This document shows positions 1 to 13,430 of a stretch of 64,000 nt of DNA, one piece after another. A program made the translations under genes and the position numbers. How positions within the stretch are numbered: the first letter of the stretch is position 1; every line of letters begins with the position of its first letter. The notes below the pieces were generated by a model. The model made no database searches. It was not told the origin of the DNA and worked only from the letters and a program-made list of their open reading frames with translations. The stretch comes from Octopus sinensis (Eukaryota): contig NC_043011.1 of NCBI RefSeq assembly GCF_006345805.1, positions 37,150,464 to 37,214,463 of the forward strand. Reading direction: 5' to 3'.

Positions 1-986
1 CACAAACACATACATTCATACACAGAAGAACCGTTCGTTTTAATCAGTCGACGACGTCGTTTCAACGATTTTAGCTGTTTTCCTTGTCTTAAAAATCAAA
101 TCAGTTTCAATTCACACTTCGCCAGCTTTAAAAGACAAAAAAGATGGAGGACGTTTTAGACACTTCTTATCATGGATCTCTAAGTACAGACGGTATGAAC
201 ACGGCTGAACCGATATCAGTCATAACTTTTCACGACCAGAGCAGATTTGGTGCTAAACAACAGAGACAACAAAAGCAACAACAAAAACAACAGCCGCAGC
301 AGAAACAGCGCCGGTAGTAGCTGCAGCAACAAAGACAAGAACAGCGTGAACACTTGACAATAGAACCATCTTCAATAAAACAACCGATATTGTAGAAAAG
401 AAGCAACAAAAATATGAAAAATATTCATGGAAGCAATACTTATTATAAAACATAATATGAAACTTAATATAGAAAGAACACAATCTGATAGCAGACAGCA
501 TCAGTGAGAACATGTAAGAAAACAAAAATCAACAATGAAAGCAAAATTCAATATCAACCAATGATAAACAAGAGATTTAAAGTAACATAGAACCAAAAAG
601 AAGGAAAAAAAACAAACTCTCGTGTTTCTATCCTATTATTGGTAAAAAGGAAATACCAATCTACATCTTATAGATGGTAGGTTGAAGAGGAACAAGACAC
701 ATTGATGTTTATATGGGTCTTGGGAAATTATTGATCCAAACAAGAGAACGTAAAACCATTATAAGTAAGAAAATATAAAGACGGAATGCAATGCTGCAAA
801 AGAGAACAAAAAGCAAAAGAACTGTCACCAATGCACACAGCACATAAAAGCATGCACCAATACACACACGCACACACATGCACAAACATACACACACACA
901 TATATATACTTATATATATATGTATATGCACCCACACATGTATGCGTGCATATAGACGAATATGTAAGAAAATACATTTCTATGTA

Positions 987-989
<3 letters not shown>

Positions 990-1041
<52 letters not shown>

Positions 1042-1089
1042 ATAGATAGATAGATAGATAGATAGATAGACAAATAGATAGTTAGATAG

Positions 1090-1172
<83 letters not shown>

Positions 1173-1209
1173 GACAAATAGATAGTTAGATAGATAGATA
1201 GAGAGATAA

Positions 1210-1266
<57 letters not shown>

Positions 1267-1425
1267 CAAATAGATAGTTAGATAGATAGATAGATAGATA
1301 GAAAGATAGATAAATAGATAGATAAATAGACAGATAGATAGAGAGACAAATAGATAGTTAGATAGATAGATAGTTAGATAGATAGATGGATAGATAGATA
1401 GATTTATGTATATCAATCTATCTAT
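990..1425. repeat. (TA)n followed by long (GATA)n microsatellite
   Basis: Direct read. Representative of dozens of similar (TA)n, (TATC)n, (TATG)n, (CA)n and (TAA)n tracts across the window. Confidence 0.95.
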
Positions 1426-1692
1426 CTACTTGTATATATGTGCGTGAGTGTGTGTTTGTGCATGTAACAAAGCATTACAAACTGATATATAAATACTATT
1501 GGAGATTGAAGGCCTGTATGTATGCATGTTTATTGTGCGTGTGACATTGGGTGGACCCGTATTTGAATAAACATTTAGAAAGTGAAAAAAATTGCGTTCA
1601 AACAGGTATGTTAGACATTCATATAATGATATGTAAATCGACAGACACGGAAAAGAAATCAATACAAAACATACATACGTGTATATATATAT

Positions 1693-1742
<50 letters not shown>

Positions 1743-1825
1743 CGGGGAAAATACATAATGTGGAGTACCGAACACACTTACACATTTGCTCATATATACT
1801 AACATATATACGTATATATTTATGA

Positions 1826-1863
<38 letters not shown>

Positions 1864-2649
1864 CACACACAGACATACACGACTTCATACTCACATAGAT
1901 AGATTCAGATATATATATTTATGTGCATATTCATGTATCTATGCATACATATATATTATATATATATATATATATATGTATACATAGATATATATACATA
2001 TATATAATTATATGTATGCATATGCATATACATATACGTGTGTGTGTTTGTGTGAGTACATGTGTGTGGTCGTAGATGTGCATATATGTATGTATGTATG
2101 TCTGTCTTCGTGTATACACGTATAAAGGCATACAAGAAGAACTCAAATTTTCTACTTTATCGGTCAATTTCTTTAATAGTTGAGACGAGAAAAAATTCCA
2201 AAGTCTTCTTTCTGACGCAGGGAGCAATTTGTGGCAATATATTCCAATCACATCCCCGTACTCGTCGTATTTGACTTGTAACAAATTGAATTCGTAAATT
2301 ATATTTGAATTTGCGAATAGCAACTTTGCCATAGAAAACTTTCAGTCCCGAATGCATGGATTGGATATATGAAGCAATATAAAAGGCTCATCACCAAATA
2401 AGTCAATTTTCCTTTCAGCCAACCTATTGGAAATAAAATATATATTTAGCTTTGACAGGAAAAAATTAGCACTGAAACAGAAAATTTATAGCATATAAAA
2501 TATTGTTACGATCATTTAATCATTGTAAGCATATATGCATCGTTACGTAATTCGTTTTGCCGCCATGTCATTTTCAAGTGATTTCCTCAACGTGAAACAT
2601 CGCAGAAATGTTTGCTACTATAGCCCGAGTCATCTAAGGCAGTATTATT

Positions 2650-3061
2650 TATTTATTTATTGCCCACAGCGGGCTAAACATATAAGGGGCAAACAAGTAC
2701 AGACAAGGGGATTAAGTCGATTACATCGACCCTAGTCATTAACTGGTACTTATTCAATCGACCCCGAAAGAATGAAAGGGAAAGTCGACCTCGGCGGAAT
2801 CTGAACTCAGAACGTAACGGCAGGTGAAATACCTATTTCTTTACTACCCACATGGGGCTAAACACAGAGAGGACAAACAAGGAAAGACAAACGGATTAAG
2901 ACGATCATATCGACCCCAGTGCGTATCTAGTACTTATTTAATCGACCCCGAAAGGATGAAAGGCAAAGTCGACTTCGGCGAAATTTGAACTCTGAACGTA
3001 GCGGCAGACGAAATACCTACTTCTTTACTACGTGCTAACGTTTTTGCCAGCTCGCCGCCTT
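2650..3061 (-). mobile_element. tRNA-derived SINE family A, head-to-tail multimer (~2.3 units)
   Basis: Minus strand reads ggcggcgagctggca..acgttagc (A-box-like), gagttcaaatt (B-box), then the gcctttcatcctttcggggtcgat core. The ~175-bp unit is repeated and recurs more than 10 times in the window. Confidence 0.85.
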
Positions 3062-3442
3062 GGCCATATTATTTAAATTGTCACAATATATGACATGAGC
3101 TCTCTCATCGTTAAACAACGTATGAAGGTTCGACAATTTTTTGCCGGACAAACGCACAGTGGATTTGTTTAGAGTGATCAAATGTTCGTGCTCACGTTAA
3201 CTCACGCCCGAAATCAAATCGATAATACATGCCTGAGCAGCTGCACAATGTGCCACATGTCAGATGACGAAATAATAGCGGAGAAACGTGAAATGTAGTG
3301 CTTTGTTCAAGAATGCATCGTAACGCCCGGTATGGGAATCGAAAGCACGATCTCGCAATCGGGATCTCGCAATCAGGATCTTGCATTTGTGAGTAAGTAA
3401 CCACTACGCGATGCAAGACGCTGACTACAAAGCCATATATAT

Positions 3443-3715
3443 ATGCATGTATGTATGTATGTATGTATGTATGTATGTATGCATGTATGTATGTATGTAT
3501 GTATGTATGTATGTATGTATGTATGCATGTATGTATGTATGTATGTATGTATGTATGTGAGTATGTATGTATGTATGTATGTATGTATGTATGTATGTAT
3601 GTATGTATGCATGTATGTATGCATGTGTATGTATGTATGTATGTATGTATGTATGTATGTATGTATGTATGTACTACGTATGTATGTATGCGTGTGTATG
3701 CATGTACGTGTGTGA
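3443..3715. repeat. (TATG)n microsatellite
   Basis: Direct read. Confidence 0.95.
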
Positions 3716-3895
3716 GTGTGTGTTTGTTTATGTGGTAAAGCTTCAACAAGCAGAATAGCACTCGAGAAGCTCAGAGATAAAAGATAATGTATCTCACAAA
3801 TATTATGAAGTACAGCCTCCCACGATTTCCTGGCAGATAAACTACTTTATTTCACCATATTTTAAACGGAAAAAAAGGACCACTTTACAGTTGGA

Positions 3896-4155
3896 TTTTA
3901 AGGAGATGAAATTTGAAGAATAAATGAACGCTCATGCGGAAGACGACACATGGAAAAAGAAAAATATGCAGGGGAGATAACCAACTCTTTTATGAACAAA
4001 TGTCTTAAAAGCGTAAACAAGACATCATAAAGAATTAATGTCTTGTTTACGCCTTTGTGAGATTTTTTAGTGATAGCTTTCGGTATTTCCTGTATGTTTT
4101 CCCTTCGATCTTCTTCCTTGTGAGCATTCTTTCTTCAAATGGCATCTGCTTATGA
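3896..4155. repeat. Diverged inverted repeat (fold-back or MITE-like)
   Basis: Inner arms gcgtaaacaagacat / atgtcttgtttacgc. Outer arms taaggagatgaaatttgaagaa / ttcttcaaatggcatctgctta. Confidence 0.6.
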
Positions 4156-4298
4156 ATTGGCTGACAAACGGTCTTCGTCTCAGCTTCGAAAATAGCGATA
4201 TAAATTAGTTTCCGCTAGGAAACCCTGGGTAACTATATTTTACAGGACTTGTAGTTTTTACTATAACATTATATACTTAAGTATATATATATATTTAT

Positions 4299-4504
4299 AT
4301 ATAATATTAATTAGAGACAAAACCACTATTTTGCAAATATTTTTTTTATGTATTGGATTAAGTCTTTCTTTGTTTGATTTGCAAAATAGTGGTTTTGTCT
4401 CCAATTAATATTATATAATATTTTACCATAAAATGGATTCAACCCTAAATCTGATTTTTCCCTGTAAATTTGGATTTATTCCCTAATATTTATTATTATT
4501 ATTT

Positions 4505-4505
<1 letters not shown>
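4299..4505 (+). mobile_element. (TA)n-embedded fold-back element with asymmetric tail (copy 1)
   Basis: Arms ttagagacaaaaccactattttgcaaat / atttgcaaaatagtggttttgtctccaa, then tail ...taaatctgatttttccctgtaa. An inverted homolog lies at 63020-63280. Confidence 0.75.
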
Positions 4506-4538
<33 letters not shown>

Positions 4539-4783
4539 ATATTATATATATATATTATATATATATATATACATATATATATAGCAAACAGAGAGATTTA
4601 TATAGTAGAGGCAGAAGAAAGTGATGGTATGTTGTCAACTTAATGTGACAGTTCCATGAAAATGAAGAATGCTACTGCTATTTGACCCCGGGAAACACAG
4701 TTTCCTGTTGGCCTTGACACATTTCCTGTGTTCTTATAATTACAATGTTGAGATAAGCACCTCCACCCAGAGAAGTCAGCAAG

Positions 4784-4823
4784 CGGAGACTAGTTTCAGA
4801 GTCATTGCTCATCATCAGTCTGG
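4784..4823 (-). ncRNA. Minimal type-I hammerhead ribozyme motif
   Basis: Minus strand: ccaga CUGAUGA u GAG-caauga-CUC u GAAA c-ua-g UC uccg. Core intact, palindromic stem III (ACUAGU), GUC triplet, imperfect stem I. Confidence 0.7.
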
Positions 4824-5041
4824 TGTAGCATGGCTTGCTAGCTGTCGATGCCTATCTGCCTTTGTAAACATATAATAATTCAAGTGAAATACATTCACTG
4901 ATTTCGAAAATAGAAACAATACGTTTCTAAATCTCTCTTCCCTTTCATGGGACTGTCACATTTATATGTATATATATATATATATGTGTGTGTGTATATA
5001 TATATATATATTTTTATATATTATATATATATATATATATA

Positions 5042-5102
<61 letters not shown>

Positions 5103-5999
5103 TATATATATTATATATATATATTATATATATATATATATACACACATATATGTGTACATGCGTGTGGGTGTGTTCCATCTATTCCGCTAAAACCAATC
5201 GTCGTTAAATTTTTACGCCCTACAAATTAGCAGTTCGCTTAAAGAGTTCAATAGTATAAGTGTCCTGCTAGTGATCAAGTCTTCCAGTAACGCTATATTG
5301 TCGTGCTCCAGCATGTCAATAGTTATAATGTATGAAACAAGTACAAATGCAAAGAAGTAAAGAAAATAATGAATAGAACAGGATAGCATACACTGATGGG
5401 ATATGTAAATTTTGACTGGAGAATTTGGCAGATATATGTCAATAATATGTGACTTGACACACAAAGAATATTAGAGTGATATCTTTATAACGTGATTTCC
5501 ATCTTAGTGACATTTTCATCTGTAAATTATCACAGCTTGTTTTTTTCACACATAACTAACTTATTGCTGCATTTCACTTAACGCCTAAGTTACACTTAAC
5601 TGAAGAAATGGATATTTCATGCGCTATCTTGTATGACTTTGCTTCTTGTCATTCTGGAAGTAAAGTTCAATGAGTAAAGAATTGTAGACTTCCAAAAACT
5701 CCGAGAGCCTGCCAAAATTATGTGTGTTGTATGCATACAAAGGTAAATACACACGCACGCATGCACGTGCACACACACAAACACACACTATAAATCTATT
5801 CGTTCTTTTGCACAAATTCATATGTGTAACCCTCCTTCTTTCCTTATTTCCTGAGCGTCCAATAATACTATACTTGTTCCACGTCTTCGCGTTGTTGTGT
5901 TTTCTCTTTGTGTTTTCATGTTTGGATTAACTTTATATATATATGTATGTATTTATGTATGTATGTATCTCTCTCTCTCTCTCTCTATCTATCTATTTT

Positions 6000-6064
<65 letters not shown>

Positions 6065-6068
6065 ATCA

Positions 6069-6140
<72 letters not shown>

Positions 6141-6161
6141 GGGGAGAGAGGGAGGGGGAAA

Positions 6162-6229
6162 TTTGATCAGAAAACAAACATCTAATTCGAGTCAATGACT
6201 TTATGTAACACCACGCTTCCATACATTTG

Positions 6230-6273
<44 letters not shown>

Positions 6274-6800
6274 ATTATATATATACTACCATAGCTTTTA
6301 ACATATAAAAAGAATACATATAAAAGAAACACAGAAGTTAAAAATTATATATATTCAAATAAGAATACAATTATGTAGAACGGCTTATCAAGAATGTATA
6401 TAAATTCAAGTAAAAATTCTGAAGCCTTTCATGCGACCAAAAACCTAAATAAAATACCAATCCACTAAAAATCTTTTACTCCCCCAAATTAGAAATATGT
6501 CAATAAAGTTCATCTCTTAAAAGCCATGGTAGACTGGAGTCCAGGAGCGTAAGAGAGTTTTAGAAAATCAAGTCAAACACATGAAATATTTTTAGTCGAT
6601 TGATATTTTTTTAGGGTTTTAGTTGCATGACACACTTTAGAATTTTTATTCGATTCTGTATACATTCTCGATAGGCCGTTCTATATATTTGTATTATGAA
6701 TTTTTTTTTATATATTGAAGGCCATGGTAATATATATATATATGATCAAAGGTATGGAAGCGTGGTGTTTACACGAATTTGATGCTTGTTCTCAAATCAA
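6162..6800. repeat. Nested inverted repeats separated by (TA)n
   Basis: Outer arms gtaacaccacgcttccatacatttgatcata (~6205-6235) / tatgatcaaaggtatggaagcgtggtgtttac (~6741-6772). Inner diverged arms ~6285-6475 / ~6585-6730. Confidence 0.7.
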
Positions 6801-6901
6801 TGTTTTTTAATCTCTGTCTCACTTTTATTTGAGCACTTCTGTTTTTGTAGTCTTATAAACGCTTTTGACTCCGTAAAAAGAGAGGAAAATTATTTCATGT
6901 C

Positions 6902-6943
<42 letters not shown>

Positions 6944-6944
6944 A

Positions 6945-7220
6945 TGAACGACCAGGCTATCAGATGTTGCTACACATTGCTGGTCACAATGCGCTTCGTA
7001 TTGTTTTAGCCTTCAAATGACGCCACCCCACTGGCTAACCGAGCAGGCCAACAACAGAGAGAGTGAGAGAAAGTTGTGGCGAAAGAGTACAGCAGAGATC
7101 GCCACCGTCACCTGCCGGAGCTTCGTGAAGCTTTTAGTTGTTTTCGTTCAATAAACACCCACAGCGCCCTTTCTGGGAATCGAAACCGCGATCCTACGAA
7201 CGCGAGTCCACTCCCCTAAC
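6945..7220 (-). mobile_element. tRNA-derived SINE
   Basis: Minus-strand head gaggcgcaatggccctgttgttagg...ggactcgcg...ggatcgcggtttcgattccc (A/B boxes). A related head lies at 23108. Confidence 0.7.
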
Positions 7221-7243
7221 AACAGGGCCATTGCGCCTCTACA

Positions 7244-7287
<44 letters not shown>

Positions 7288-7876
7288 AACACACACACAC
7301 ACACACACACACACACCGGTGCATTCTCTGATGGCCCGAAGAAGACCACTGAACCCGATTGCTTTTTTTTCTGTATTGTTACCATTAGCCCTGTCTTTTC
7401 TTGTGCCCTTGCGTATATAGACGCATGTATGAACCTTTATGGTGTGCGTGTTTGTGTGTGGGGGTTTGTATGTATATACATATACATTTGGCGAATAGTA
7501 AGAGTGAGGATGTGTATGTTTTCAAGTGAGGGTGGACGAACGTATACTTTTAGGCTCACGCACATGGGTGTCCGGGCGAACATGTGTAAGTATGAACAAG
7601 CGCGTTTACGCGAATATTTTGAACTATTTAACCCCTTACTTAGCGGTCATCCAAATAGCTCTTTTGTCTTAATAACGCTAAATCACACGGTAATTTCCCT
7701 TTGTATAACAGTCATTTTTCATAGCATTTTTCCGATGGTCGGATAACTAAAGAGATAGCGGCGTGGATTTCCACCTCATGATCCGAAACTCTGAGTTTTA
7801 TCATGGCTACCGAATAATTGTCACATATTACATTTATAGACAAATTCATCTATCTAAATAATATCGAGGTCTCTGT

Positions 7877-7907
<31 letters not shown>

Positions 7908-7910
7908 ATA

Positions 7911-7996
<86 letters not shown>

Positions 7997-7997
<1 letters not shown>

Positions 7998-8250
7998 GTA
8001 GAAATACTTTACGTAAAGAAAATATAAAATACACGTGGAAGTGTAAGGGTAAAATATGAAAGATCAACGAAAATGCATATTGCAAATAGAAAAAGGTTAT
8101 TTATGACAGGCAGTGACAAATATATACATTTAGATTTACTGAGGTAGTAATGCGAGTCATAAAGGTCATTATTATGAGATGATTATATGATGATAATAAA
8201 GTAAGAGAACAAATCGAACCAGTGGTTTACGCGAAGGCTATTCATCGTTT
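7997..8250 (+). mobile_element. (TA)n-bounded short interspersed element (copy 1)
   Basis: Same termini and body as the inverted copy at 45425-45622. Both are flanked on both sides by (TA)n. Strand is arbitrary. Confidence 0.7.
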
Positions 8251-8256
8251 ATATAT

Positions 8257-8324
<68 letters not shown>

Positions 8325-8526
8325 TGATAAAATGGTAAGACACAAAAGAATGAAAGAGACCTCGATATTATGTAAAGGAGGAATCTATCTGTAAAAGTAA
8401 TATGTGACAACTATTCGGTAGCCATGATGAAACTCCGAGTGTCGGCGTGGATTTCCACCTCGGCATCTGAAACTCGGAGCTTAAACATGGCTACCGTATA
8501 ATTGTCACATATTACTTTTACAGATA
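8325..8526. mobile_element. (TA)n-embedded asymmetric fold-back element
   Basis: tctgtaaaagtaatatgtgacaactattcggtagccatg (8388) pairs with catggctaccgtataattgtcacatattacttttacaga (to 8524). A single-arm copy lies at ~7758-7875. Confidence 0.75.
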
Positions 8527-8634
8527 CATATATAGCTAGATAGATAGACAGATAGATAGACATCGTGGCACTCCGTCGGTTACATTATTTGTATAACTAT
8601 GTATATTTATATTATATATATATATGTGTGTATC

Positions 8635-8708
<74 letters not shown>

Positions 8709-8720
8709 GTGTTGTGTTGT

Positions 8721-8758
<38 letters not shown>

Positions 8759-8992
8759 TGTGTATGCGTTATATGCATGTATATGATTGTATATATGATA
8801 AATATATATATATATGATGTATATTCTATACACGCATGTGTGTATATGTGTGAATATGAAGGCACTGAATTAAGCGATATAGAAGCAATTAATAAATGAA
8901 ATAAGATGAAGATGGAATTGGTAGGAATAGAGATACGAATGTAAAAGACTGGAATGAGAAAATAGAGAAAATGAGAGAGAAAGAAGGGGGAG

Positions 8993-9071
<79 letters not shown>

Positions 9072-9423
9072 CAGACAAAGAGACTGAGAGAGAGAGAGAG
9101 AGAGAGAGAAGAGAGGCGGGACAGATTTGATGTCTCTAGCAAGACAGTGAATTAGGTGTAAGCGATTCTTGAGCTTGGTAGTATTATGATCAAATGTAAC
9201 TTATTAATCAATGTGATTAGAATCGCCAATAACAATTCACTGATGTAATTGCGACCTCGAGGGCCACGCAGCTGAAATGGAAAAGCAAAAAACACAAAAG
9301 CAGAGACAAAAAGAAACTCCTTTGAACTACTTCAGGCACTGTCTGATACTGTTGCTACGGCACATAATCATTGTATTAATGGCGCTATATTCTATTTATT
9401 TATTATAATTTTTTTTTTTTTAA

Positions 9424-10110
9424 TGGCGGTTTTTGCGTTTGGTGGTGTTGAAGTTTGTGATACGGGTGGTGATGGTGATGGTGATGGTGTTGGTTATGGC
9501 AATGATGAAGACGAGGAGGTTGATGATCTTTGTGGTGATGTTCGCGATGACGACGACGACGATGATGATGATGATGATGATAACTATGATGGTGATCAAG
9601 ACAATGATGTTGACGATGATGGTCATAATCATAAAGATAATTATGAACGTGGTTTTTTTATGATGATGATGATGATGACGATGACGATGATTATGATGTG
9701 ATGGTCGTGGCGTTGGTGATGGTGGTGTTGGTGACTTTTTTGGTAAGGATTGCTTGCAGTACGGATGGCAAAGACGGTGATGATGATGGTGATAATAATG
9801 CTTATGATGGCGTTATTGTTGTTGTTGTTGTTGATGCTGATGATGATGATGATATTTGTGGTGGTGGTGATGGTGGTGGTGTTCATGATGATGACAATAA
9901 TGATGATGATTAGGATGATGATGATGAAGGTGAAGATAATGATGATGATGATGATGATGGTTATGACGATGACAATGACTGTGTTGATTGTGATGATGTG
10001 CTGATGAGGAAGAGCATACTCGTGTCAGTAACACACCAGCGATTCTGCTGAAGACGATGCTACTGATGGCATTTGTGATGGTAATGGTTGTGACAGCGAT
10101 TTCTCTGAGA
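9424..10110. repeat. Degenerate (GAT/GGT/GAC)n trinucleotide low-complexity tract
   Basis: Direct read. Gives poly-D, poly-M and poly-H pseudo-ORFs in different frames. Confidence 0.85.
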
Positions 10111-10264
10111 CAGAATCAATACCAAGTCATCTAAAGCGCACAAAAATATATTTAAAAATTAAAAAAAACTGTAACAACAGCAACAACCTCAATATCAACA
10201 ACAATATACACAACAACTATAAAATACCAGATGTTAATTTTAACAGACTACAAAATTCACAAAA

Positions 10265-10748
10265 AATGTAATCACATGTAATCTGACAATTTATGACACC
10301 CCAATTGATTGCTGATTAGTTAGACATGTAATCAAATGCATTCCAACCATGACCATCCCATATTTTGCAACGTATGCAGCAATACTTAATTCGGCGTACC
10401 ATCTTTTTCATATGACATTACAGACTTACGTCCGTCATGAATGACCATGGCATTGCTCCTAGAATGTTCCTCCCCGAGACACAATCCGGGCAACGTTCTA
10501 TTGTGGAAGACCAGCAATCGCCCATACATACCAGCCTCCCTATCAACGCCACCGATGTCATCAGAGGGAAAAACAACGGCTGATACAGCTTGGCACTGGT
10601 GATGATGCAACTCATTTCTACAGGTGAGTGATGTGGAGCACGTGAAATGATGAGTCTTGGTGAAGAACAGAATATAGAGCATGGTCCGGGAATCGAACTC
10701 ACTCTTTTATGATTGTGAGCCCGAAGTCCTAAACGCCGAGCCATGAAC
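10265..10748 (-). mobile_element. tRNA-derived SINE (decayed)
   Basis: Minus-strand head catggctcggcgtttaggacttcgggctcacaatcataaaagagtgagttcgattcccgg. Similar heads lie at 11603 (+) and ~3150-3430 (-). Confidence 0.65.
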
Positions 10749-11172
10749 CATTACCCATATGACGTTAGTGTCTAAATAAAAAAATATCTTGAGTTGGTAT
10801 ACGTCGCGACTTGAAACGGTGTATAGACGCTCACTCCTCATTCTATGATATACATTAACGATGGCAGAATCGGTTGTGATTTCTCTTGTTGCTCTTCTGG
10901 CTGTGTCGCTTTCATCGCCGTTGTTCATACGATAGCTGGTGTTGTTGTTGTTGATGTTGTTGTTGCTGCTACTGCTACTACTACTGCTACCCTTTGATGT
11001 AATTTTACGGTAGCAGCAAAACATCTATAAATATGCAGAACGCGCCAACAAAATGGAAGACGAAGCATTAAATGTAATATCGAGAATTCTTGACGGATCT
11101 TTCTATTATACATGAAAACCTAGTAGCTCCTTAGAAGAAACTACTATGTATTTCTTCATTCTGCTGAACATC

Positions 11173-11587
11173 GCGAAGAAGCGGCTGTGTGGTAAGTAGT
11201 TCTGGGTTCAGTGGTTCTAGGGTCAGTCCCACTGCGTGGCACCTTGGGCAAGTATCTTCTACTATAGCCTCGGACCGACCAAAACCTTGTGAGTGGATTT
11301 GGTTGACGGAAGCGGAAAGAAGCCCGTCGTATAAATATGTGTGTATATATATATATGTGTGTGTATGTGTGTCTGTGTGTGTGTATGTTTGTGTGTCTGT
11401 GTTTGTCACCCCAACATCGCTTGACAACCGCTGCTGGTGTGTTTACGTCCCCGTAAATTAGCGGTTCGGCAAAAAGACCCATGGGAATATGTACTAGGCT
11501 TACAAAGAATAAGTCCTGGGGTCGATTTGCGCGACTAAATGTGGTGCTCCAGCATGGCCACAGTCAAATTACGGAAACTATTAAAAG
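11173..11587 (+). mobile_element. CORE-type SINE family B with internal microsatellite
   Basis: tRNA-like head, CORE-like gcgtggcaccttgggcaagt, internal (TA)/(TG)n, 3' part ...ggtgctccagcatggccacagtcaaat. Confidence 0.8.
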
Positions 11588-11602
11588 ATTTATTGCAGTA
11601 GA

Positions 11603-11930
11603 AGGTGCATGGCTTAGTGGTTAGTGGTATTCAACTCACGATCGTAAGGATGTGAGTTCGATTCCCGCGGCGGTGCGTTGCGTCCTTCAGAAAAACATTT
11701 CTTTTCGCTTTACTCTTCTCCGCTCAGTTTGAATATGTGTTGCAAATGTTATTCAAAGGGGCCAGCCTTTACACATTCCGTGTCATGCTGAATATACTTG
11801 AGAACGACGTGAATGGTACGCATGTTTGTGGAGTGCTCAGCTACTTGCGCGTTAATTTGACGAGCGGGGTGTTCCATTGATCGGAGCAGCTAGAACCTTC
11901 TGTGTCGTAACCGAATGAGTGCCAGTTAAA
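11603..11930 (+). mobile_element. tRNA-derived SINE
   Basis: ggtgcatggcttagtggttag (A-box) ... gtgagttcgattccc (B-box), followed by a non-tRNA body. Confidence 0.7.
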
Positions 11931-12760
11931 CATTACAGCCAGATATATATTCATTTCGCACTTTCAACACCAAACATTTAGGAAAACAAACAAACACAGT
12001 AACTGGAAAATATGTCTGAAAAAAAAACAAAACAAGATCGGCACGACTGGAGCGCTTTTAGTTGTATGTTATTGGAACCAGACTGATTGAATTGAAACAA
12101 CAAGAACAACGATCACGTCAGTTATGGGAACAAGAAAAATAGCAACAGTAATGAGAACAGCAACAACATACATTGATAAAGCAAAAATAAGTTGGAAACA
12201 TTAAAAAATCTAATTTTACAGTCAATTTACAGATAGCCATTTTCTTTAAAAACAATAATTACTGTCTTAAAAATATCTTTAATGGACTCTAGTAAACAAA
12301 TTAAATATTGGGACTTTTTTTCATTTTTATTTTTTAAGAGAGGAAAGAAACACAAATAAATGCAAACACAACAGGAACAACAACAAAACATATTCCAAAT
12401 TAAGCTTCCTAACTAAATATACCAGCATAGTAGTAGTAGTAGTTTCTATTATAGATACAGGGCCTGAAATTCGCAGGGTGAGGGCGAGTCGATAACATCG
12501 TCTCCAGCACTAGGCTCTTGAAACGATTAAAGGCAGAGTCGACATCGGCGGAATTTGAACTCAGAACACAAAGACAGACGAAATACCGATAAGTTGCCAT
12601 CAGAGCATTTAGGTTTAAACCCTGAAAAATAACGTACCATCTGAAATGATTGGTCATTCAAATTGATATGTGATGCGCCATTAACTTTACTTCTTAGACA
12701 AGTTTTTTTCCCTTAGAAAAGTGGTTTCTTTTCTAATCCCGGTTGTTAAAACTTCAGAGC

Positions 12761-12919
12761 TTTAATGGTAAAAATTTCAATTCCTTGGATGACGTAAAAA
12801 GATACTTTGATGAATTGTTTGCCATGAAACCACCGTAATTCTGGGAAGAGGGTATTTTCAAGTTAAAGGAAAGATGGAGACGCATTGTGCAACAAAATGG
12901 TTCATATTTGGTAGGTTAA
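12761..12919 (+). mobile_element. mariner transposase C-terminal remnant
   Basis: Translates FNGKNFNSLDDVKRYFDELFAMKPP*FWEEGIFKLKERWRRIVQQNGSYLVG*, matching the mariner C-terminal GI..L..RW..V...G.Y motif. Confidence 0.75.
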
Positions 12920-12959
12920 AATGTAATGGCAAGTATTTTTACTAATATTATTATTATTA

Positions 12960-13420
12960 TTTACTTTCAATCTTCAAGTTCGATACAATCACATGCCAAG
13001 GGCGAGTGAACGATAAGAGATGTTACAGTATGACTGAAGGTTTTGGGAGAGGAAGTGGCAGGGTCAGTGGCGAAATATCTTCATCTAATACAACACATAC
13101 ATTTAAATGGATAGGGTTTTTCTCTAAGGATGTTGGCAGTACTTGTCAGCACAATCTTTTGGATTTCTCTGAGACATAGTTCTTCTCGTATATAATCTAG
13201 ATGTTTCTGACATCCCTTTCTTATCATACCTCGGCCATCGACACTAACAGAAACAGTTCTTGCTTTAAGATGCTACGTCTTTTGCATTTCAATTTCCAGG
13301 TCCTTATATTTACTTAATGTGTCGAATTCTTTTACAGATATATTTGCATCCGTGGGAACACTTACATCTATTAGTCTACAAGTATTTTCTTCCCTGTCTT
13401 TAATGACTATGTCTGGTCGA
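12960..13420 (-). mobile_element. R4/Dong-like non-LTR retrotransposon 3' end (restriction-like endonuclease)
   Basis: NRPDIVIKDREENTCRLIDVSVPTDANISVKEFDTLSKYKDLEIEMQK...EIQKIVLTSTANILRE carries the PD..D and KY motifs of REL endonucleases. Ends in (TAA)n and is 5'-truncated at TAA. Confidence 0.8.
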
Positions 13421-13430
13421 TTATTATTAC

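Noticed and set aside
5213-5330. Kinase-like MLEHDNIALLED on the minus strand
   Set aside because: Single short motif with no other kinase subdomains or convincing exon boundaries.
9423-9913. Asp/Gly-rich ORFs resembling acidic biomineral proteins
   Set aside because: Degenerate GAT/GGT repeat open in several frames; no signal peptide or splice support, and similar tracts occur elsewhere in the window.
10001-10030. CTGATGA hammerhead core candidate
   Set aside because: No GAAA or stem III follows; it lies at the edge of a GAT repeat.
11603-11675. tRNA gene
   Set aside because: A/B boxes are present but there is no complete cloverleaf, and the sequence continues into a SINE body.
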